A DNA stretch of 64,000 bases from the human T2T-CHM13v2.0 reference genome, Homo sapiens. A program made the translations under genes and the position numbers. Under the pieces are notes generated by a model. That model saw nothing but the letters and a program-made list of their open reading frames with translations, did no database searches and was not told the DNA's origin. The DNA lies in the NCBI RefSeq assembly GCF_009914755.1, contig NC_060934.1; one strand, written 5' to 3'. Every line of letters starts with the position of its first letter. Within the stretch, counting starts at the first letter, position 1. Positions 25,941-41,038 of this stretch are shown piece by piece.

Positions 25941-27136
25941 GGAGGTGTTTATCCATGTTGTCTTGTAACTCACTGAGCTTCTTTAAAACATTATTTTGAA
26001 TTTTTTATTGGGCAGTGGAGTGTTTTCTCTTTCTTTAGGTTGGTTGCTCTAAATTTATTTATTTATTTATTTTTTATTGTATATTTCTAATTATTCATGT
26101 TCTTTGTAGCTTTACTTTGATTTATGCACATTTGGAGAAATAGCCCACTCTTCCCTTCTTTATCAGCTGAGTTTAATAGGAAAAGACCTTTACCATTTAG
26201 CACTGCTGGAAATTCTGGACCTTTCTTCCTAGCTGTCCATGGTACCCAGAACAGAGCATCATTTATGTGGTGGAATTTCTGTGGTACCTGCCTTTATTTT
26301 TCACATAAAACTTTAGTAAATAAATATACAATCTATTTATTCTAAACAAATTTCTTAAAGGTGGACCCCAAATTGGTGAGGATATAGTTATGAAAGGCTC
26401 TTTTTCATTCCATCCATCCTGAATTTTGTCCATCCCAAGGTTGGAACTTTGACTACATCTTTGTCTTAGAATCAAGAGCAAAACCCAGGGAAAAGATGCT
26501 GAGTCTTTTTTTTTTTTCTCATGATATCTTATTTATATTAAGGCATTTATATTAAGGACTTTAGCATTCAGATTACCGAATTTTATTTTAACATGGTTGG
26601 GTATAAAATAGTTTATATAAATTTTCACCTTTCTCTTTCTATTTTTAGCTATGCTAAACCTAGGATCCATTGGTGAAACCATCACTGCCTTATTAATAGT
26701 TATTTTTCTTGAAAACCAGTAAGGATATGAGGTATTTCTGTGGGCTGAAATGTGTGCAAACCACAACTTAAGAGAGATAGAAATTTATTGGTGAAAACAC
26801 AGTCAAGATGAAAGAAAGCCAAAGGATTTTGAATTGCACAAACTATTTGGAGTCATTAAAACAATGTTACCTCTCTTACAAATCTACTGATTTGTGTATT
26901 AATGTAGGACAGATTTCAATTTCATGCTTAGAGAATAGATGAGATCATATTTAAAATCCTTCAGCCTTAGCAAAGAAGGCTAAATGGATGCAATGGCTTT
27001 AAACATCTTTAAATGGAGGGAGGCCATTCTGCAGTCACAGATGAGAATGTTTTAACAAAGAATTAAGAACGTTCTAAAATGAATTAAGTATTGGAACAGG
27101 TAATGTAATGCACTAAGTTTAAAGAAACAAATAGCT

Positions 27137-27439
27137 GGCATGGTGCAGTGGCTCACGCCTGTAATCCCAGCACTTTTGGAGGCCAAGGTGGCTGGATCAC
27201 CTGAGGTTGGGAGTTCGAGACCAGCCTGACGAACATGGAGAAACCTTGTCTCTACTAAAAATACAAAATTAGCCGGGAGTGGTGGCGCATGTCTGTAATC
27301 CCAGCTACTCGGGAGGCTGAGGCAGGAGAATCACTTGCACCTGGGAGACGGAGGTTGTGGTGAGCTGAGATTGCACTCCAACCTGGGCAACAAGAGTGAA
27401 ACTCTGTCTCAAAAAAAAAAGAAAGAAAGAAAGAAAAAA
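27137..27439 (+). mobile_element. AluSp
   Basis: ctgacgaacatggagaaacc and caacaagagtgaaac diagnostics; TSD aaagaaaca(a/t)atagct. Confidence 0.93.
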
Positions 27440-28479
27440 GAAACATATAGCTATTTGTCCAAGGATCATAAACTAGTAAACATCTATAGGCAATATTCTT
27501 AAATAGCTCTCTCCACATAAGCCAATGTGCTGTTATTAGTGGATAATATTTATTTTGCATGAAAGAGAGGACAGGGAAATTTATTGTTATGCTGCAGGAA
27601 TACTATGAAGTTAAGGCTTATTAAAATATAGATGCTTGATCGGCTTTAAGTGCAATAACTATTATTACAGTGAATGTAGCATTTATATTATAAGGGAAAT
27701 TAATACAGAAAAGACAGAATCTCTAAGTGTGCTGGGGATAGGGAATGTGGGAAAAAATATAAGAGAATGCTGAAAGAAAAAAGAGATTACAATCTTCTTT
27801 GAACCATTCTCCAAAAGAGTAGTTGTTAAAATTTTCTTATAAGAAATCTATTATTTACAAAATATCTATTTGTAAAGCAAAGGAGAATAAATAATTATAT
27901 ACCAGGAATTTGCATCAAAATTGAGGCACAGCATGTCTAGAGAAATGGAATAGAAAAGAAAACAATATGTATCAGTTATATACCATCTGTTAGGCACACT
28001 GATAGGTTTTATAATCATGCCATGTAATCTTAGAAAGATTGAAACTATTTTGAGAAAATCGTTAATATTTTACAGAAGCATTTGTCTATTTTTATTTTAA
28101 AAGTGGTATTTTATTATTAGATTTATAACATACAGGCCCACTGAACAGAACATATTTCTTTCATATATATGTGCAGTTTTAAATGTACACATACTGTAAG
28201 TAAATAATTGTGGTATTTAAAATGATAGACAAACAGATTTAGCTTCTATTTTTCCTTAATATTAAATAGTATCTAGCTTGATGTTTTCCATTCATCCTAT
28301 CCAAATATCCCACTAGAATAGATATTAAATACAAAATAAAGAAAAAAAGTAAGAAAGGAAAAAGAAAATCAGTAAACCCAAAACTAGGAGAAAATCTGAG
28401 AAACTGGGAGACATCTCCTCTAGTTTTCAGCTGAGTTAACTGAGTAAAAGCTACTGAAAAGGTATCTCTTGAGATTAAG

Positions 28480-31210
28480 ATGATGTAATGAAACAATAAT
28501 AACTAAGAATTTTCCCCAAATTAATATAAAACCAAAGCCACAGATTCAGGAAGCTCAGAGAACCTTAAGCAACAAAAGTGCCACATACACAAAAAAATTA
28601 TGCCTGTACATATTATATTCAATCTTCAAAAAATCAATGACATAAACAAACCCTTGAAAGAAGCCAAAGTGGGGGGAACTTTACCTCTAAAGAAGCAAAG
28701 ATGAGAATTACATCTGACTTCTCAGAGACTATGCAAGTGAGAACAAAATGGAGTGAAATATTAAAATAAAAGGAAAAAATACTAAGAAATTATAATTCTG
28801 TACTCTGAAATTATGCTTCTAAAATGAAGAATAAATAAAACTTTTGTCAGACAAATAAAAATTGAGGGGCGTTTTAGCCAGTTGATATGCCTTGCAAGAA
28901 ATGTTAAATGTTCTTTGGAGAGAAGAAAAATGATACAGGTCAGAAACCTGGATTTACGTAAAGAAAGAGCATTGGAAAAACAATTAGTGAAGGTTAATAA
29001 AGCATTTTATTTTTCTTATTCTTGATTGATCTAAAATAAAATAGTTTGTTCAAAATATTAATAGCAACGATGTATTTAAGTATGCTTATGTACAAGTGAA
29101 GTGAATGACAACAATGATACAAGGAATGGAGGGAATTATTTTGTTAATATAAGGTACTCATACTACCAATGAAGTGGTATAGTGTTATTTGAAAGTGGAT
29201 TTGGATTAGTTATAAATGTTACAAACTCTAGGACAATCACTAAAGAAAGTAAAAAAAAAAAAAAGTATAATTGGTATACCAGAAAATGAAATGATATAAA
29301 ATGTTTGATTCAAACCACAAAAGTCAGAAAAAGTGTGGAAGGCCAAAAGAGGACCAAACAACAAATAGAAATACAGTCTCCAATATGATAGATATTAATT
29401 TATCAACAATAACTTCAAGTGTCAATGGTCTAAATACAGCAATTAAAAGATAGAGATTGTCAGAGTGGATCCAAAAACAAATTCCAACTTTCCAATGTCT
29501 AGAAAAAACTGATTTTAAATATAAAGATACATATAGCCTAAAAGTAATAGAATATGTACCATGCAAACACTAATTTAAAAAGAAGGAGGTAGCTATATTA
29601 ATTTCAGACAGAGTAGACTTCACTGCAAGAAAAGTTTTGAGGACTAAAAAGGAACATTACTTCATGATAAGGGAGTCAACACTCCAAGATGACATAGTAA
29701 TTCTTAATGTTCATTCACCTAAAACTAAAGCTTCAAAATATGTGAGGCAAAAACTGATAGAACCACAAGAAAATATAGATGAAGCCACTATTACAGCTGG
29801 AGATTTTAATACCCCTCTATCAGAAATGGACGGACTGCAGGAGAAAATCATAAGGACATAGTTTAACTTAGTGGTACCCCCAATTAACTGAATATAATTG
29901 ACATCTATAGACTATTTCATCTAACAACAGCAGATTACAAATTTTTCTCAAGTTCTCATGAAATGTCCACTGAGATAGACCACATGCCAGGCCATTTACC
30001 CCAACAAAAGTAAAAGAGTAGAAGTCATATAATGTCTTCTCTGAAACAACAAAAACAATTAAACCAGAAATCAATAACAGAAAGACAGGTGATGCTTTAG
30101 ACAAAATGCTTGTGTTCCCTGAAGATTTACATGTTGAATTCTAACATCTAATGTGATGATATTAGAAAGTGGAGATTTTGGGAAGTGATTGGGTCATGAG
30201 GGCAGAGCCATCAAATAGGATTAGTATCCTTGTAAAAGAGACACAGAGAAGTCCCTTGACCTTTCTGCATGTGAGAATATAGCAAAAACATGACTGTTTA
30301 TAAACCAGAAAGCTAGTTCTCACCAGATGTTGAATCTGCTAGCTCCTTGATCTTGGATTTCCCAAACTCCAGAACCGTGAAAAATAAATATTGTTTACAA
30401 GCCACTCAATCTATGGTATTGTGTTAGGGCAGCTTACATGGATTAAGACAGTTAGAATATCCAAAAATGCTTGGATATTAAATAACACACATCTAAATAA
30501 CACAGGGGTCAAAAAAGAATCTCAAGAGAAATGTTCAAATATTTAGAACTAAATAAAAATGAAAATAAAACTTACCACAATTTGTGGGATGCAGCAAAAT
30601 GAGTGCTTCAAGGGAAATTTATAGCATGAAATGCATATTTCTGGAAATAAGAATATCTAAAATCAATCAATGATCTTCCACCCTAAAAATCTAGAAAAAG
30701 GAAAGCCAATTAAATCAAAAGTGGAAAAGAAAAATAAAAACTAGAACAAAAATCAATAAAATTAAAAGCAGGAAATCAATGGAGAACATCAACAAAACTG
30801 AAAGTGGTTGTTTGAAAAGATCAGTAAGCCTTTAGTCACACTAAATAACAATAAAAGACAAAAGACAATTGCTAATGTCAAAATTAAAGAAGGAACATCA
30901 CCATAGATTCCATGAACATTAAACAAATAATAAAGAAATATGTGAATAAATTGATGCTCTCAAATTTGATAATTTAAATGAAAAAGGCCAATTACTTGAA
31001 AAGCACAACCTTCAAAAACTCATAAAAGAAGAAATACGTAATCTGACTAGGCCTACATCCATTGAAATATTTGAATCAATAATTAATAACCTTGCAAAAG
31101 AAAAAGCGCCAAGCTCCAGTAAGTTCACTGGTGAATTCTATCAAACACTTAAGAAAGAAATTATACCAATTACCTACACTCTCTTCCAGAAGATAGAAGT
31201 AGAAAGAATA
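28480..31210 (+). mobile_element. Old L1M (L1MC/M4-like) ORF1-ORF2 segment
   Basis: ORF1 3' part, inter-ORF region and EN remnant (ILNVHSPK...AGDFNTPLS, 29637-29861); interrupted by MLT1A; ends at the TA site of Tigger4. Confidence 0.88.
30093..30450 (+). mobile_element. MLT1A-type MaLR solo LTR inside L1
   Basis: atttacatgttgaattctaac...gggaagtgattgggtcatgagggcagagcc...ggattaagaca. Confidence 0.85.
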
Positions 31211-31287
31211 CAGCCTGAATATCCCTCATCCAAAATGCTTGAAATAAGAGGTATTTTGGATTTCACGTTTATAAATGTTTGCACATA

Positions 31288-31619
31288 CAGTTCTTCCTTT
31301 GTATCTGTGAAAAATTGGGTTTAAATCCTCCCACAAATACCAAAATCCAAGGACTTTCAAGTTCCTTATATAAAATGATATAGTATTTGTTTATAACCTA
31401 TGCACATGCTCTTATCTACTTTAAATTATCTCTAGATTACTTATAATATCTAATACAATGTAAATGTTACATAAATAGTTTTTATTGTTTGGGAATAAGG
31501 ACCAAAAAACGTCTGTATATCTTAATACAAACACAATCCTTCATTGTTTTCAAATGTTTAATATTTCAAATATTGGTGGAATTTGCAGATGTGGAACCCT
31601 TGGATGCAGAGGTCAGCTG
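31288..31619 (+). mobile_element. MER2 (non-autonomous Tigger family) nested in Tigger4
   Basis: ta-cag...ctg-ta ends; ataccaaaatccaagg...tttaaattatctctagattacttataat core. Confidence 0.85.
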
Positions 31620-31966
31620 TACATAATGAGATATCTTGAAAATGGGACCCAAATCTAAACACAAAATTTATGTTTTATATATACCTTATACATATAGTCT
31701 GAAAGTAATTTTATACAATATTTTTAAGTAATTTTTTACATGAAACAAAATTTGTGTATGCTTAACAGTCAGAAAGCAAGTGTCACTGTATCAGTTACCC
31801 ATGCGGACAATCTGTGGTTGTCTGGCATCGCCATTATTCCTGACCTTATATTTATATGCTGCTGATAAACAATAATTTTCTTACACTTATTCACCAATAA
31901 GCGCTTAACAGTAGAAAAATAATGGCATACCATTAATACAGTGAAACAATAATGTGTTCATGGTAA

Positions 31967-32392
<426 letters not shown>

Positions 32393-32639
32393 TTAAAAGA
32401 CTGTACAATGTATCTTTTTTTAGGTGAGAAGAGCCTTCAGAAGCAGTTGAGGGACCAGAACGTGGGTCCTCTAAGGATGGCTTTTTAAAATGTTTCCTCC
32501 AGAATAATCTGCCTACTTTACATTTTTTTAACTTTACAGCTCTCTTTAATTATATACACTGACATGATTTCTTGTTCTGCTATGAATGCACATGGTTCCT
32601 ATCCTTCAAAAGCCCATAAACATTTTTACCATGTCATCT

Positions 32640-32701
32640 TGTATTAGCCTGTTCTCACATTGTTATAAGGAAATACCCAAGACTGGGTAATTTATAAAGA
32701 A
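32640..32701 (-). mobile_element. Isolated 3' tip of a THE1/MST LTR
   Basis: minus strand tctttataaattacccagtcttgggtatttccttataacaatgtgagaacaggctaataca. Confidence 0.88.
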
Positions 32702-33440
32702 TTATAGTAGAAGAGAAATAAAAAAGATCAGAGCAGAAATAAATGAAATTGAGACTTAAAAAAACACAAAAAATCAATGAAACAAAAGTTACGTTTTGAA
32801 AAGATAAACAAAATCAACAAACCTTTATCCAGATGAAGGAAATAAGATTAAACACTCAAATAAATAAAATCAGGGATGAAAAAGGAGACATTACAACTGA
32901 ACCATAGAAATGTAAAGGATCATTAAAGACGATTATGCAGCCAAGCATGGTGGTTAATGACTATAATTTCAACACTTTGGGAGGCCAAGGCATGAAGATT
33001 GCTTGAGTCCAGGAGTTTGAAACTAGCCTGAGCAATATAGGGAGACTTCTGTCTCTACAAAAAATAATACAAATAAAAATTAGCTGGGCATGAAGTTGCA
33101 TGTCTGTGGTCCTTGCTACTCAGGAGGCTAAGGTAGAAGGATCACTTGGGCCCAGGAGGTCTGCAGTGAGCCAAGATTACACTACGGCTCCAGCCTGGGT
33201 GACAGAGCGAGACTCCATCTCAAAAAAAAAAAAAAAGAAAAAGAAAAAGAAACTTAGAATAAGTGAATAAATTCCTAGATATGTAAAACCTACCAAGATT
33301 TAACCATGAAGAAATCCCAAACCTGAATAGACCAACAATAAGTAACAAATATCAAAGCTGTAATAAGAAAGCTCCCTTCAAGAATACTCCAGGACCTGAT
33401 GGCTTCACTATTAAATTCTAGCGAACATTTAAAGAAGAAC
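32702..33440 (+). mobile_element. L1MA-type ORF2 fragment (3' half of the split element), containing an AluJ
   Basis: tagtagaagagaaataaaaaagatcagagcagaaataaatgaaattgag...ggacctgatggcttcact. Confidence 0.88.
32939..33252 (+). mobile_element. AluJ
   Basis: gattgcttgagtccaggagttt, ggatcacttgggcccaggagg, A-rich tail. Confidence 0.9.
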
Positions 33441-33697
33441 AGAGCTATAAAGTACTACATATCTGGGGAGTGAAATGTTTTCTCCGGCTCAGTACTTTCC
33501 TGAACCCAGAGATGCTCTTAGCAATTACCACTCTTCCCACTAATACTTTCATTGAAAGATCAAAAACAAGAAGTCTAAGTACAGTTATTTCAACTAAAAA
33601 TAAGACTATGTAACACACCAACAAATGTAAAATACAAATAAATCCAGATTTCTTTCATAAATGGCTGTTGAGTCAGTAATCTGCACAGCATTTCTGA

Positions 33698-34042
<345 letters not shown>

Positions 34043-34289
34043 TGATTTTTAATGGCAATTCTAGATGCATGTTTCCTTTGATTTAATAATTGCTCTTCTA
34101 GGAATTGAGAACTTGGTAGAGTGTAGGATGTTACACTGTTGTTTCAAAAGGGGTATATCATATCTATAAGCACTAGTTATAAATTATCTAAATACTATTA
34201 TAAGGAAATGGTCTGCTCTTATAAATGATTCTGTAAACTTTTTGATATAGAAATATTTTCATAGTATACATATATATTTTTATATGCCT

Positions 34290-34670
34290 CTTTAAATTTA
34301 TTTTTATTTTATCTGTGTTCAATATATTTTGATACACACACACAGTAAAATAATTAATAAGGTCAAACAAATTTCCATAGTCATCATCTTCCATAGTTAT
34401 GTTTTATTGTGTGTGTGGCAAGAGCAACTAAAATCTACTCTTTTACCATATTTTTGTGTACAGTACATCATTGGGAATAATGCTGCAATGAACCTAAAAG
34501 CATAGAAAATGTCTATGAGGTGCTGATTTCATTTCCTTTTGGTTTATAACCAACAGAGGGATTGCTGGGTCACAAGGTTGTTTGTTTGTTTTTAAGAAAT
34601 TCTGTACTGTTTTCTATAATTGGTCTACCCATTATACACATTAACAGTGTATAGAGTTTCGATTTTCTCA
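34290..34670 (-). mobile_element. L1MA 3' fragments
   Basis: tgtgtgtgtggcaagagcaactaaaatctactc; gagggattgctgggtca. Confidence 0.7.
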
Positions 34671-35562
34671 TAGTATATTTTTAGTGGAAAAATTTATGAT
34701 ATGGTTTATACGGAAGGATCACCTGCATATATCTGTATCTATATATAATTCCATAAGTCTAAAGGCATGCATTCTAAAATATTAACAGAATAATCTCTGA
34801 ATATTAGACTTTATAATTATCCAAATTCCCCTTTATTTTCTAAAGGTAAACCTCTACTAATTTAATAATAAAATACAGTAAAGGAAAAGATGAATAGCTC
34901 TAAAAATTAGTTTCCAGGGGTGAGAATTACTGAGCAAAATAAAGAAACAAATTTGAGGTCATCAGTGGGAATCTTTGTTTTTTGCACGGTTTCTCAAGAG
35001 TAAGCCTGTCTCCTTTTTGGTGGAATATCTAGTCCATAATGCCTTTCAGGAGTGAGTAACATTCGTTTCTGAATTAACTTTCAGTTTACTGGCAATTGTT
35101 TGTACCAGACTTAATTTTTAGTGTATTAAGTCTTGTGTATTTATAGCATCAATTGAAGAACTTCTTGGGAATGAGGCAGTAATAAAAGCATCAGAGTATT
35201 CACAGGATGTGGTTAGGTATTAAAAACACACTACGCAGCTGACATGCCTGTGTTTTAAGCATACTGTGGTCTCCAGAGCTATAACTCTGAGTTATTTATT
35301 TTCTTTCTCCTTTAATTTTCAGGTTTACAAACTGCTTTTGGAACAGTTCCCTTGTATACCATTTATAATAAGAAACTCTTTAAGGTTGGGCTGTTCTCTA
35401 ATTGGCCTCTGGATAGTTCAGTTTTCCAAGAGAACAAGTTTGAGGGCAGATAAACACATTCACATGTTTAAACTCAACTTAACTTTCACTCTATCAGTGT
35501 ATCTTCACTCTGCCTTAGTTCCCTCTCCCTGGGCTCAAATTTCTTTTTTGGTAGAGTCAGGG

Positions 35563-35997
35563 TGCTATGGTTTGAACGTGTTCTCCAAAGTTCGTGTGTT
35601 GGAAACTTAATCTCCAATGCAACAGTGTTGAGAGCCGAGATCTTTAAAAGGTGATTAGGTCATGAGGTCTTTGCCCTTATGGATGGATTAATGTTGTTAT
35701 CACAAGGGTAGATTAGTTATAGCCATAATGGGTTCCTGACAACAGGATGGGTTTGCTGCCCTTCCTCTCTTCTCTCTCTTTCTCTTTCTCTCTCTTATTT
35801 GCTCTCACTTTTTCTGGTGTGCCCTCTTGTCCTTCCACCTTTCATCATAGGATGATGCAGAAAGATGATGATGATGATACAGGCCACTCAACCTTGGATT
35901 TCCCAGTGTCCGGAACTGTAAGAAATAAATCTCTGTTTCATACAAGTTACCCAGTCTCAGATATTTTGTTATAGCAAATCAAAAGCGACTTAAGACA
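35563..35997 (+). mobile_element. MST (C/D-like) solo LTR
   Basis: tgctatggtttgaa...ttacccagtctcagatattttgttatagc...taagaca; TSD caggg/gaggg. Confidence 0.88.
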
Positions 35998-36745
35998 GAG
36001 GGAGACACTTTATTTTGTACATGAGTCTTTTATTATTCCTTCTCTTACACTGAGAATTATGTAATACTTTAGGTTGGCTAGCAATAGTATAACATGTTAC
36101 AAATATTGAACTGTAAAAAATATAAGGGTTGCTTTTGCTGAGTTATCATCAAAATGAAACAATAGAGATTCAAAAATACGTGCATAATAAAAATAAGAAG
36201 AATATGGCTAATATTGGTGAATGAGATTTCAAAGTAATTTCTAAAGGACAGAAATTATAAAATAGACTAGAAAAAACTGGGCTGAGGCTATGTGGACATA
36301 GATCTACCGATAAGTACATCTGAGAAGCTCTCATCTCAGGGTGGTAGGGACAGGCAGATAGAAGCAACAAAGATGAGCTTCAAACTTCTAAAATTCAATG
36401 TTAGTACTGGAATACAAAGCCAGTGAAAGCTCAGACCACAATTCAAAACAAGTAATAACAACAGAAGAAAAAATAAGACATATCTGATATTGTCCGCATC
36501 TCTCTAAGAAGAATTCTAGAAAGAGAATGAGAATACGCATGTAAACAAATTGTAAAAGTAATAACAGAAGATAATTTTCTTTAAGTGAAGGCCCATGTTT
36601 CCAACAATTTTGAGTTGTATTAAAAAGTGACAGATGATGAAAAGGATGGAGTTGAAAGAACTTTAATAAAGACACACCCTCATAGAAGTGAAGAAAATCA
36701 TATTAAAATAACATTGTAAATGTTTGCAGGAATAATATGTACAGA

Positions 36746-37384
36746 CAGGCAGCCCTCATTATTAATGAATTCCATATTTTCAAAATAACCTATTCACTGA
36801 AACTTATTTGTAACCCCCAAATGAATACTCATGGTATTTTCCTGGCTGTTCATGGCCATGCACAGAGTAGCAAAAAAATCTGAGTCACGATGCACACATT
36901 TCCAGCTCAGATGAAAAAGGTGATACACTGCCATCTTGTTTGGTCTCTCATACTATAAATGAGCATCCTTTGCTCAGTCTATTTAATGTCACAATTTTCA
37001 AATGTGCATGCTTTTTGTTGGTGATTACACTGTTTAAAATGGCTCTCAGGCACAGTGCTGAGGTACTGCCTAGTGTGCCTAAGTGTAAGAATTCAGTGAT
37101 GTGCCTTATGGGAAAATATGCATATTTAGGTAAGGAATGAGTTATAGTGCTCTTGGCCATGAGTGTGATGTTAATGACTTAACAATATATATTAAATAAG
37201 GTGTCTTTAAATAAAAACACACATTTTAAAAAGGTTATGTATTGATTGATGAAAATTTTGTGACCAGAAGCTCACAGAAACCTAACCTTGTATTTCTTCT
37301 AGTTGCAACTTTTCCATAGTCACTAATTTAGTGTTTACAGTAACTTCATAGGCTGTAACTACTGCAAATAACAAACATTGACTG
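36746..37384. mobile_element. MER82 (TcMar-Tigger)
   Basis: cag...ctg ends; ttatttgtaacccccaaatgaatactc; cacagtgctgaggtactgcctagtgtgcctaagtg. Confidence 0.8.
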
Positions 37385-37656
37385 CATGTCACTTAAAAGG
37401 GACAGGCATTAGATCTTCTTTCTAAACATTTGATGAATCAAAATTTTAAAAACATAAATTTAGCTTGTACCTTGTATCTAGCTAAACTATTAAACAATTA
37501 GGCACCCAGAATAAAGATTTTATTTTTCATTAAGTAATTGAAGATATATATTAATTAAGTAAAAGAGACATACAAGATCCAGAAAAATGAAGAACAGAGG
37601 AATAATGAAAGTGATAAAATAATGTATGGGAGTCGCAAAATAGGCCTAGAAACAAA

Positions 37657-38555
37657 TGTAAACCAAGAATAAAATTCTAAGCCCCTAGGCCTAGTGAATA
37701 GAACCCTCCTCTTGGCCAAAGAGATTGCAAGGAACCTGAAAAACCAGTTCGGGACGTAATAGGGAGTTGGGGGGTTAGACACACCTCACTGCCCTCTTCT
37801 CCCTTTGGAATTCAGATACAACTGATTAACATTAAAACAGAGATCTTAAGTCTAACAAAACAGACTCTTTGTAGCAATAAGATAAATTCCTATGTGACGC
37901 TAGTGTAGTATCACATGACAGCTAGCAAGCCTTGAAATAAATTGAAGTATTTTACCCCAAAATATATTTCTTTGACATATTTTGAAATGGCCCTGCAAAG
38001 CTGTCTCTTGTGGGGGAAATTTATATTCTTTAGAAAACCCCCTTCCCTTTCCAGGTCTTTTTGTGATGCTGAAGAGATTAGCTGTGAGTCTAACACCTTT
38101 TAAAGGTCTGAATAGGAAATATGTTGCCATCTATTTCCTCTAAGGGCTCCCATCTATGAGCATTCATCTATGTAATAAGAACCTTGGTCCTCATAATCCC
38201 TTATCTTAAGCCAGACACTCCTTTCTATTGATTCTATGTCCTTAGATAATAACAACTCTTTCAACCAATTGCCTTGGATCAGAAAATCCTTGCATCCACT
38301 TACAACCTGTAAGGTCCTTGTTTTTTTTGTGTTGTCTTTCTGGGCTAAATGAATGTATACCTTACATGTATTGGTTTATTTCTTTGCCTGTAACTTCCGT
38401 CTTCCTAAAATGCATAAAACCAAGCTAGAACCCAACCACTGTGGGCACGCGTTCTCAGGACCTCCTGAGGCTGTGTCATGGATCATGACACTTAACCTTG
38501 GCAAAGTAAACTTCCAAGTTGATTGAGATCTGTCTCAGGTACCTTTTGGTTTATA
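37657..38555 (+). mobile_element. MER4D-like ERV1 solo LTR
   Basis: tgtaaaccaagaataaaattctaagcccc...ttctcaggacctcctgaggctgtgtcatgg...ttttggtttata. Confidence 0.85.
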
Positions 38556-38609
38556 CCGACTACTCAAAATTGGAGAAGGGAAGACAAACTCTGAAAATGG
38601 AAGGAAAAA

Positions 38610-39104
38610 ATGAGATTTTTTTTTTTTACCATATAACTCTATTTTCTCCTCTAGATCTATACCTCATCCTTTTTCACCTTACTTTTAGACTCACAAAGAT
38701 GACCTGTATGAATTCCAACAATGAGCTACTTTGCCTGCTAGCTTTGGGTTGGATTCAGCTGAGGGAGTGAGGGGATTGGATATATGTAGGATAGTAAGGT
38801 AAACTTATCCCTTCTATTGGCTTTCTCCCAGCAAAATTACACCAGGCTAACTGTGCCCACAATCAAAGTTCAATATTGCTCTCAATTTGGCCTACTCTAC
38901 AAAGAGATCTCCTTCTGGGTTCCAGTAGTCATTCTCTGCCATTGTTCTCATAGGCCCAGAGATAGTGAGGGTTCTGCTGTCATTATGCTGTGTTATCGCA
39001 CTCTACTTTGCATCTCCATACATGCACTACTTGTAACATTGTAAATAAACACATCTCGAATTATCATAAATTAAATATGTCATCTGTTTTCTGTGACTGA
39101 TACA
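38610..39104. mobile_element. LTR33-like ERVL LTR
   Basis: tttgcctgctagctttgggttggattcagc; ends catctgttttctgtgactgataca. Confidence 0.55.
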
Positions 39105-40179
39105 CTATACAGTACACAATAATATTGAGTAGCAGAAAAGCCAGAGACAATAACAAATTCACCTTGGTCTTTTGCCCAGTAAGTATATAAGAGCATTTAA
39201 AAATGCTAGGGAAAAATAATATTATATAGTTAGTTTCTAAATATGAGGAATATTTAAAAGTGACAGGAACAGAAAATGTACTTAACCTTGATGCCGGGAT
39301 ACTGTTCTTCTATTAGTTTAGGGCTTGTAGAATTAAAGCCATAAAGAAATGTATAAATAAAAATTCTGTTCTACTAAGGAGTTCTTAAATGCATTACATA
39401 AAGAACTATATTAAGAAAGACATAATTTATTAGAACACACTTTATAGTAACCCACCTGACTTGGTTGTGATAGTAGATACTTGTTTTAACACTCTTCAAT
39501 GAAAAAGTAAAATTTTATATGTTGGACATTGAGAAGCAGAACCAGTGGAGAAAAAGTTAAGGAATAATGCAGATATTTATATGTATGTGTGTATATAAAT
39601 AAACTTACTAAATATAGGAATATAGATATTAAACTTATAGAGCTAATCGATATAATTTGTATTTCCAAATGTAAGTACATATTCACATTCAGAGTCAAAC
39701 ACATGGGAATGTATATTTCAAAATACAGATATTTTGAGGATAAGGGTCAGGGGAAAGAGAGGATAGTATAAGTGACCTAAGTTATATTGTATCATAAATG
39801 AAAGTCAATTGATAGTTGATAGTACACAAAGAAAAGAAAACATGGAACAGAAATTAATGTTTTATATAGATGTATATGTGTTCATATATTCTCAGATATA
39901 TACACCAGATGAAGTTGAAAGTATATATTTATGGGTAAAACAATTTTTAAAAAATAATAATTTTTCTTCCTTGATGGGGACTGGATATTAGGAGTGTTTG
40001 GGACATTGTTGTGAGCTTTGCTGTTTAAAATAAGTTCTTTGTCCTCTTTAACATGTTAATATGGATCATCTGTCGCAATTTAAAAATAATGTGCTAAGGA
40101 GTCTTCTGCCTCTGTCCAAGTGAAGTAACAGAAAAAGCGAATTACCCTATTGCATGAAACAATTTTAAAAGTGGGAGAA

Positions 40180-41038
40180 AATGAGAAGGGAGGAGGCACA
40201 AATTACTGCTATTAAGAATGGCAAGGGTAGCATTTACTTTATAGAGATTATTAAAAACTTTATGAGATGGATAAATTCCTGGGAAGACACTAAGTAGCAA
40301 AGCTCAAGAAAATATAGGTAATATGGGTAGCACTATATTTAATAATGAATTTCAATCTTTAATTTAAAATCTTCTAGACAGAAAGTTTTAGCCTCAGGTG
40401 GGATCCCTTGGTTAATTCCACCAAATGTTTAAGGAAGAATCAATATGAAGAAGCAATACCATTTCCACCAGAAAAATACATTCCAACTGTGAGGTTGGAA
40501 TTACTCTGATATGAATATCAGATAAAAACAATGTAATGAAAGAAATATACACTCCAGTGTTCCCAGTGAAAATATACAAATACTTTTAAAATTATGTCAA
40601 ATCAAATCCAACAATTGTAAAAGGTATAATGCATCATCATTAAGTGTCTTTTATCCTTGGTTTGACATTTGAAAAACAAGTAATACAAGCAATATTCTTA
40701 TCAATATTGATAGACTGAAATTTAAAAATAAAGATAATTAATTTGATCATCTTAATATGAACTAAAGAATATTTTCCAAAATTCAGTATCAAAATCAAAA
40801 TTGCTGTTCTTGATTAGGAAAAAATGCTATCATCAAATTAAGCATAGAAATTAACTTACTCAACTTGATCAAGGGCATGAATGGAAAGCTAACAGTAAAA
40901 GAATACTTAATCATAAAATAAATGAATTCATCACCACTAAGATCAGGAAAAAGTCAAGGATGTCCAATCTCACCACTTCTAATCAAGATTGTTATACAGG
41001 ATGTCCTAGGCTGTGCAATAAAGGAAGAGAAAAAAACT
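40180..41038 (+). mobile_element. Old L1M ORF2 fragment
   Basis: gatggataaattcctgggaagacac...ctaagatcaggaaaaagtcaaggatgtccaatctcaccacttct. Confidence 0.75.
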
